From: a virus
IMG/VR virus record: IMGVR_UViG_3300020156_000005
Location: 1-64,000 of that record
Length of the DNA: 64,000 bases
Reading direction: 5' to 3' (one strand)
The position numbers were made by a program, and so were the translations under genes. Shown one piece after another: positions 58,452 to 64,000 of the stretch. The notes below the pieces were generated by a model, which worked only from the letters and a program-made list of their open reading frames with translations, did not search any database and had not been told where the DNA came from. Numbering within the stretch: position 1 is the first letter of the stretch; each line of letters begins with the position of its first letter.

Positions 58452-59738
58452 TTACTTGACAATGGACTCGGCCAGGGCCTTGTCCAGCTCCAGCAGTTCC
58501 TTGTACGAATTGTACTCGCGAATGGTCTTCGCCGGAGTGCCCATACGGGTATGCAGGGTAACCTGCTCCTTAAGGTCAGCTATACGCTCGGCCTTCTGGT
58601 CGGGAACGTTGTCACCCGCACCGGGAGCCGCACCGGGAGCGCCGGTCTGAACAGGCTGAGTACCGTACTGGCCAAGAATCGGCTGAGTCGGCGCACCGTC
58701 CATGATCTTCTTGTACTGGATGAACTGCTCTTCCGGCATCGCCAGGCAGAAGGCTTCGGTGTCATCCTTCAGGGTCGCCAGGATCTTGCCGCTCTCGATC
58801 AGGCCCTTCACGAAGTCCTTGCGAGCGCCATCCTGAGCTTCCTTAGCGAAAGCGCGCAGGGTGCCCAGCTCGGCCTCCTGAGCCTTCTTCTCGGCTTCGA
58901 GGGTCTGAATCTTGCTGTACTGCTCGTTCAGCATGCTCTGAACCTGAGCGAAGTCAGCCGTGGTCGCATTCGCATTCTGGCCCGGAAGGGAGAACTCGAA
59001 CTTCGGAGCCGCCGAAGGCTGCGGCACTGGAGCCAACTTCGACGGATCGACCGTAGTGCCGGTCATGCTTTCCTCCATCATCAGAGAGAACTTATTGTCG
59101 CTCTTTGTATATCGCTTCAGATGCCGTTCAAGACCCTCTACTGCTGGAATGTCTACGTAGGCCACTCCCATGTAGACGGGCCACAGCTCTGCTTTATTAT
59201 TGGACTCATAAGGCCCGATTTCTGCGGACCTTGTACGCCAAAGCCCGTCCAGAATGGCTTTCTGCGCTTCCTCCTTGATGATATGCATATCAGCAAGCAG
59301 GTAAGTGTAATCTTCGCTGTCAATGGGAGAGGTCATCTTCTCTGCCACCAGATTTTCATGGTAGCCGATGACCTTATCCATTACACCGCCACCCAGGAAG
59401 GACGGGTGGTCTGCCCGGATGGGCACATTCGCGAAAATACCGCTATCTTTCAAGTAACTAAAGTGCATGGCCATCTGCTGCATGTGAAAGTCTTCCCACA
59501 GATGCTCGTAGCCCATGCTATCTTTGAATTCACCGGAACGAAAGACCGGGACCCGCTTCAGAACAAGAATCTTGGAACCATTCTGACCGTCGATGTATTC
59601 CCATTCGATCTCGTCAGTAGAGGCTCCAAGTGTCGAGCCCGCAGCGGAATACAGAGCGCAGGTGCGCTGCTGCTCCCGGGTCAACGTGGCTGTACTCATG
59701 ATGACCTGTACCTTAACTGCTGGACGGGTGTCCGCCAA
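58452..59738 (-). CDS. capsid maturation protease / scaffold fusion (Mu gpI-like)
   Basis: 428 aa. The N-terminal half looks globular. The C-terminal half is coiled coil (QTLEAEKKAQEAELGTLRAFAKEAQ). Start uncertain (TTG 59738 or ATG 59699). Confidence 0.55.
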   Translation of the reverse strand: MADTRPAVKVQVIMSTATLTREQQRTCALYSAAGSTLGASTDEIEWEYIDGQNGSKILVLKRVPVFRSGEFKDSMGYEHLWEDFHMQQMAMHFSYLKDSGIFANVPIRADHPSFLGGGVMDKVIGYHENLVAEKMTSPIDSEDYTYLLADMHIIKEEAQKAILDGLWRTRSAEIGPYESNNKAELWPVYMGVAYVDIPAVEGLERHLKRYTKSDNKFSLMMEESMTGTTVDPSKLAPVPQPSAAPKFEFSLPGQNANATTADFAQVQSMLNEQYSKIQTLEAEKKAQEAELGTLRAFAKEAQDGARKDFVKGLIESGKILATLKDDTEAFCLAMPEEQFIQYKKIMDGAPTQPILGQYGTQPVQTGAPGAAPGAGDNVPDQKAERIADLKEQVTLHTRMGTPAKTIREYNSYKELLELDKALAESIVK

Positions 59739-59740
59739 GC

Positions 59741-60013
59741 TCAGCTCTCATTGCGTTTTACACGCAACGATTTAGGGGTAAGTATCTCCTCGGTGTGAAC
59801 AAGACGTTTCTGGTTCAATTTGAGATGCCACCACCGATGACAAGTCGGACACCAGACTGATACGTCCTGTGTGGTGTAAATCTGACCTTTGAGTTCGGAC
59901 TGCTTCCTTATCAAGACATGAAAGTAGAGCAGGCCGTCCTCCTGTACGCCGAATACGCCAAGGACTTGCTGCCTGGAGCAAGTACACTTGAACGGCTGCT
60001 CTGACCTTCTCAT
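59741..60013 (-). CDS. small zinc-ribbon-like protein (90 aa)
   Basis: Track ORF with KCTCS ... CPTCHRWWH motifs. Inserted between the fibre-tip paralogs and the protease gene. Confidence 0.45.
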   Translation of the reverse strand: MRRSEQPFKCTCSRQQVLGVFGVQEDGLLYFHVLIRKQSELKGQIYTTQDVSVWCPTCHRWWHLKLNQKRLVHTEEILTPKSLRVKRNES

Positions 60014-60108
60014 CCCCAGATCAGCTTGTAAATCTCATAGGCAAGTTTGATTACCTTGATGGCAACTTCGATGGTATTGATGATGTCCACTGTGGGCCTT
60101 CTTTCTTG

Positions 60109-60630
60109 TTATACGGGTATTGCCCTTAGCCAAGAGCTTGGATCGTTAGCTATGCTTCCAACGTTGGAGAATTGCGCTCTTGCCTGAAGTGTTATCTGCT
60201 CTCCGTCTGCGCAAGCAATCGGGGTATTACTTGATATGGGAATGAATTCACTACCGCCACGGTTAACCGGCTCTTGTGGTCCAGTTACCGCAGCGGTTCC
60301 CGAGCCGGATCGGTAAATAAAAAGCTGTATCCAGCAACTTCCACTGAAGCCACTTGCTGCGCAGTTAATATTCGCCGAAAGAATCCAGTTACCTGCGGAT
60401 GGAATTATAAGAGAGCTTCCGGAAACGCTTGAATTTGGCTCAGGAAGCCATCCTGAGACAGTTTGCTGTGATGTAGTTAAGCTAAATGAGCCATTCTTTG
60501 TCATTCCCTGCTCAACTGCATCTTGCCATATTAATCCGACTCCGAGGCCAGATACCTTCTTGATATTTCCGATCCCTACCCCTGAGATCTTCTTTATTTC
60601 CCCCAGTCCGAGTCCTGAAATCTTCGGCAT
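60109..60630 (-). CDS. fibre-tip / receptor-binding-like protein, paralog B (173 aa)
   Basis: AGGAG 8 nt upstream. The N-terminus carries three 11-aa repeats (PKISGLGLGEIKK ISGVGIGNIKK VSGLGVGLIWQD). About half the residues match paralog A by eye. Confidence 0.65.
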   Translation of the reverse strand: MPKISGLGLGEIKKISGVGIGNIKKVSGLGVGLIWQDAVEQGMTKNGSFSLTTSQQTVSGWLPEPNSSVSGSSLIIPSAGNWILSANINCAASGFSGSCWIQLFIYRSGSGTAAVTGPQEPVNRGGSEFIPISSNTPIACADGEQITLQARAQFSNVGSIANDPSSWLRAIPV

Positions 60631-60642
60631 GGGTTAAGCTCC

Positions 60643-61164
60643 TTACACGGGCATTGCGCGAACGTAGCAACCGGTTTCACCGATTACATCATAAGCATTT
60701 AAAAGTTCTGCATCACAATGCACAGTAATTAGATCATCTTGGGCACACGCTACCGGAGTGATGCTACTTAAAAAGTAGTTATTACCGGTACTCGGTCTTG
60801 CGTATTCGATTTGAGAACCGGTTACCGACGCTGTAGCACCTTTGTATATCCATCCCTGGAACCACGTTCCAGAGCCAAATCCTGTTCCACTTACAACAAT
60901 GTTAGCTTCCAGAATCCAGTTTCCAGCAGATGGAATAACAAGAGCGTTTCCGGATACCGTTGAATTTACATCTTCAGCTATCCAACTTGGAATAGATTGC
61001 TGCGTCGTGGTTGCATCAAAGTTGCCATTCTTATACATTCCAACCTGAACAGCATCCTGCCAAATATGACCCAACCCAAGACCGGAAACTTTCTTAAAGT
61101 TCCCAATTCCCAGGCCGGATATTTTCTTTATATCCCCTAAACCGAGGCCGGATATCTTAGGCAT
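60643..61164 (-). CDS. fibre-tip / receptor-binding-like protein, paralog A (173 aa)
   Basis: Track ORF 60643..61251 trimmed to ATG 61164, which overlaps the fibre gene stop (TGATG). Same N-terminal repeat (PKISGLGLGDIKK ISGLGIGNFKK VSGLGLGHIWQD). Confidence 0.65.
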   Translation of the reverse strand: MPKISGLGLGDIKKISGLGIGNFKKVSGLGLGHIWQDAVQVGMYKNGNFDATTTQQSIPSWIAEDVNSTVSGNALVIPSAGNWILEANIVVSGTGFGSGTWFQGWIYKGATASVTGSQIEYARPSTGNNYFLSSITPVACAQDDLITVHCDAELLNAYDVIGETGCYVRAMPV

Positions 61165-62603
61165 CAGGCACCTCGGAGGTAGATAGTATTCGGGTCTTCG
61201 GCGGTGCCGTTGCTGGTGGCCGCGTTGTACTGCGCTTCGGTCCCGGTCCAAATCGTAATGTTGGTGGCGACGCCGTTCTTGCTGCCAGCAACACGGCCGG
61301 TCGCAAGTTTAGACAGCGCAATTGCAGCACTTGCATTGATATCACCATCAACAATGGTTCCATCTGCAATCTTTGCTGAGGTAACCTGACCGTCACCGAT
61401 GGCTGCCGTATCTACTGCACCATTCGCAAGTTCCGAACTTCCCACCGCATCTGCGGCGATCTGCGTCGCGGTAATGGTGTCGTTTGCGAGCTTACCTCCG
61501 GTGATGGAGGTATCAGCAATCTTTGATCCTGCAATCGCCGCGCTTGCATTGATATCTGCATCGACTATCGTTCCGTCTGCGATCTTGGCGGAGGTTACTG
61601 CGCCGTCGTTAATCTTGGCGGTGGTTACAGCACCATCTGCCACAGTTGGAGCAGCAGCAGTACCGGCAAGATCACCCGCAAGCTGAATGATACCTTTTGT
61701 TGTCGCGTCGGCATCTGGAGCGGGCGGGCCAGTTTCCCCTTGGGGTCCCTGAAGACCCTGTGGAATCCCGAAGTCTGCCGTGTATCCGGGCGGGCCACCA
61801 GTGATGCTAACCGTTGCAGGGCTTCCGGGGGGAAGAGTTGTAGTAGTTCCAACGTCAAGATCAAAGTTGTTAGCCGCCGTCTCAGCTGCAAGCTGGGCAG
61901 CTTCAGAGGCATCTTTTGCGATGACAGAGGCGTCGCGTGCACTTTGGGAGCCTGTCTGTGCTAATTCGGCAGCAAACTGTGCAAGCTGAGCGTCAGCTCG
62001 CGCCTGCTGCGCTTCATCTCTTGCTGTATTGGCCTGCGTGATTGCCGGGATGGTGATGTCCGGCAAAGACGTATTCATGGGATCGTCAAGGGACGGACGC
62101 AGCTTGTCGTCATCGACCAGCATCAATCCGTCAATGGAATATCCCCGAGGACCGCGTACAGCTTTCTGGCCAGTATCAGGGTCGGTAAACTCTTGCAAAA
62201 GAGCAAGGTTAACACCCTGATAATTCTCATCGCCAAGCTGCTCCTCGGTCGCGGGCTCAAGATCGAAATTGAACGAGTCGATCTTCCGTAGCACATTGTT
62301 AATGCGAATCTGGGGAAAGCTGATATTCCAGTTCCAGTTTTCCTCGCCGACCACGAGCCAGAGGTATGGATCGCCGTTAAAGGTCATCCATCCGTCTATG
62401 ATCTCACAAGTGATGGGAGAAGGTACCATCAGCTCGTCAATGCCGTCGTCGGCGGTGGTCTGCTCAGCCCAGCCTTCTTTGATATTGGGCTTAAGGAATG
62501 CTGTACCGGTAGCCATGACCCGATCAGGCAGTTTATCGGGATCAGAAGAAGTATCGCCTACCCTGCCTGTGATGCGAAGGTAGACCTTTTGAAACTGCGC
62601 CAT
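61164..62603 (-). CDS. tail-fibre-like protein (479 aa)
   Basis: KGIIQLAGDLAGTAAAPTV motif, a short collagen-like run (GLQGPQGETGPP), and repeated AKIADGTIVD.DINASAAIA units. Starts right after the portal stop. Confidence 0.65.
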   Translation of the reverse strand: MAQFQKVYLRITGRVGDTSSDPDKLPDRVMATGTAFLKPNIKEGWAEQTTADDGIDELMVPSPITCEIIDGWMTFNGDPYLWLVVGEENWNWNISFPQIRINNVLRKIDSFNFDLEPATEEQLGDENYQGVNLALLQEFTDPDTGQKAVRGPRGYSIDGLMLVDDDKLRPSLDDPMNTSLPDITIPAITQANTARDEAQQARADAQLAQFAAELAQTGSQSARDASVIAKDASEAAQLAAETAANNFDLDVGTTTTLPPGSPATVSITGGPPGYTADFGIPQGLQGPQGETGPPAPDADATTKGIIQLAGDLAGTAAAPTVADGAVTTAKINDGAVTSAKIADGTIVDADINASAAIAGSKIADTSITGGKLANDTITATQIAADAVGSSELANGAVDTAAIGDGQVTSAKIADGTIVDGDINASAAIALSKLATGRVAGSKNGVATNITIWTGTEAQYNAATSNGTAEDPNTIYLRGA

Positions 62604-64000
62604 TTACATCACATCTTCCAGAACAGTATCAATGACATTCTCAATATCGTTGATCAGCCCGCGCGCATCGCCGAAGTATTCCTTGGTCGCGATGATATCC
62701 GCCACGACGCCGTTCACGTTGCGCTCGAACCGCTCTACGCTACGCTCAGCGTCCCATACGCCGTCCGCTTCGAATGCCTCGAGCAACTGCCGCCGGTAAC
62801 CCAAAGTGGGCATCCACTCCTTGTTATAAGTCTTGTTGGCGAACGCTTTCATGACCTGCTGGGAGACCCTTGCAGTAATCTGCTTGGTCACGGCTTTCGG
62901 ATTGCTTACATTCGGACGGTCGTCATTCTTAAGCCGTTCGGGGCGGCCGGAACGTGGATCATCTTTCTTGACCACAGGCTCGCCGGTTTCCGGGTCTATC
63001 TGCACATCTTCGCGCGGCTCGGTGAGAACCTCGACCTCTTCGATCTCGAGACCGATATGTGCGCCGAGTTCCTTGACGTCGACCTTGATCTTTCCGCTGT
63101 TCAGCAAACTCTGCACGATGGCTCGCAAGGTTTCCTGCTGAGCAGTACCCATCTTCCGGAACTTGATCCGAGGAGCCTCGGTATTCGCTCCGAAGTTGTA
63201 ATGGGTCATGTGCGCAAGGATGTACTTATTGATGTACTCTGCCATGTCGCCGGAGATGGCGTTGAGCATCCACAAGAAAACCTGCGTGTGGCCGATACCC
63301 TGATTGAAGCCGCCACCCTCCGCCGTGCGCAGCAGCAGCAGCGGCGTAAACAGTGCAAGGCTCATCTCTTCGTCGAGACGGGTCAGGTACCGCTCGAACT
63401 CGACGCCACGCAGCTGCGATTCAAGGTAGCTCAGCTCATAGTCAAAGGTTTTCGTGCCATTCAGTCCGTCTTGACTACGCTGATTTGGCAGAATTACCGC
63501 GTTGCGGTTTCGGAACGCCTTAAGAATCTGCGCCATGACCTTGTTGCCTGGCTGCATGTTGGGATTCTCAAGTGAACCGATATTAATATCTTCATCATAC
63601 GGCGCACGACCGATAGGCAAGGGCGAACCGAACCGCTCGTAATACTGATTCGCGAACATCTTGATTAGGTTCGAGAAGTACCACGGCTGAAACGCGGCCC
63701 GCAGAATCCTGGTGCCCCGGTAGTCGCCGTTCTTCATCAGAAGCGGATACCAGAACGAGTTACTTACGGGAATCGTGTACTTGCCGTACTGCCGGATTCC
63801 GTCGAACACGGGCACCTTCGGGCGAGTGACACCACTCGCACCTTCCATCGGGAGCGGGGTGCCGTCAACGTATTTCCAGTTGACCGTGCACTCCTCGGGA
63901 ACAAGATCCTTGATCTTATTCAACCATACACGAGAGCTTCCGGTTTGGTTCTCCCACTGGGTGGCGTTCGGCGAGAAGCCAAAGGTAAACGAGCTACCCA
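62604..64000 (-). CDS. portal protein (Mu gp29/DUF935-like), 5' end outside the window
   Basis: QPWYFSNLIKMFANQYYERFGSPLPIG resembles the DUF935 portal core. The frame stays open upstream of the track start (TTG 63923) to the window edge, so the gene is partial. Confidence 0.7.
   Translation of the reverse strand, partial: GSSFTFGFSPNATQWENQTGSSRVWLNKIKDLVPEECTVNWKYVDGTPLPMEGASGVTRPKVPVFDGIRQYGKYTIPVSNSFWYPLLMKNGDYRGTRILRAAFQPWYFSNLIKMFANQYYERFGSPLPIGRAPYDEDINIGSLENPNMQPGNKVMAQILKAFRNRNAVILPNQRSQDGLNGTKTFDYELSYLESQLRGVEFERYLTRLDEEMSLALFTPLLLLRTAEGGGFNQGIGHTQVFLWMLNAISGDMAEYINKYILAHMTHYNFGANTEAPRIKFRKMGTAQQETLRAIVQSLLNSGKIKVDVKELGAHIGLEIEEVEVLTEPREDVQIDPETGEPVVKKDDPRSGRPERLKNDDRPNVSNPKAVTKQITARVSQQVMKAFANKTYNKEWMPTLGYRRQLLEAFEADGVWDAERSVERFERNVNGVVADIIATKEYFGDARGLINDIENVIDTVLEDVM

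Noticed and set aside
54-61251. N-terminal extensions of several track ORFs (54, 849, 4775, 7550, 16884, 18189, 21390, 21889, 23286, 25468, 27742, 32121, 32622, 36729, 55392, 56862, 61251)
   Set aside because: The internal starts have clear RBSs or start/stop coupling and remove overlaps with upstream genes. The extensions have odd composition.
61700-61760. Collagen-like domain in the fibre protein
   Set aside because: Only about four G-X-Y triplets (GLQGPQGETGPP) are present. This is too short to call a collagen domain, so it is mentioned only as a fibre-like feature.
1-64000. CRISPR arrays, IS elements or transposases, rRNA genes
   Set aside because: I saw no regularly spaced direct repeats with spacers, no transposase-like ORFs with terminal inverted repeats, and no rRNA-like segments. 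The only tandem DNA repeats are the in-frame 87-bp repeat (30927-31122), the 33-nt TMP periodicity and short decamer repeats (21867-21890, 22623-22640).

Overview
By eye this window is part of a tailed dsDNA phage genome (long non-contractile tail type). The host is probably a mycolic-acid actinobacterium. Supporting genes are a WhiB-family protein, a GYSQG cutinase/LysB-type esterase, a split LysA (DUF1906-type glycosidase plus amidase_2), and an SSB-like protein ending in DDNEEPPF. There are two convergent arms. The + strand arm (1-34636) holds about 70 tightly packed, mostly small early and DNA-metabolism genes: MoxR/CobS-like AAA ATPase plus HEXXH-vWA protein, tyrosine recombinase, SNF2 helicase, DEDD exonuclease, beta clamp, RusA, MazG, N6/N4 methyltransferase, WhiB and a Cas4/RecB-type nuclease. 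The - strand arm (34686-64000) holds the lysis cassette, minor tail proteins, a 2996-aa tape measure protein, chaperones with a -1 frameshift, major tail, connector, capsid, decoration and protease/scaffold genes, a fibre module, and a portal gene that runs off the window end. The arms meet at a bidirectional terminator (34640-34678). The most unusual items are listed here. (1) A roughly 1.5 kb ORF-free region (3346-4828) is packed with long perfect helices and carries a tRNA-like acceptor/T-arm module. (2) A GC-rich gene is bracketed by a 13-bp inverted repeat and preceded by a TCAGAACG site array. (3) The 10-mer CCCGCTCAGA is shared by the leaders of that gene and of the AAA and vWA genes. 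(4) A fibre gene plus two paralogous tip-like genes sit between portal and protease. (5) A second wall-hydrolase cassette lies in the early arm. All calls come from reading the sequence and recalling protein motifs. No database search or computation was run, and non-ORF coordinates may be off by 1-2 nt.
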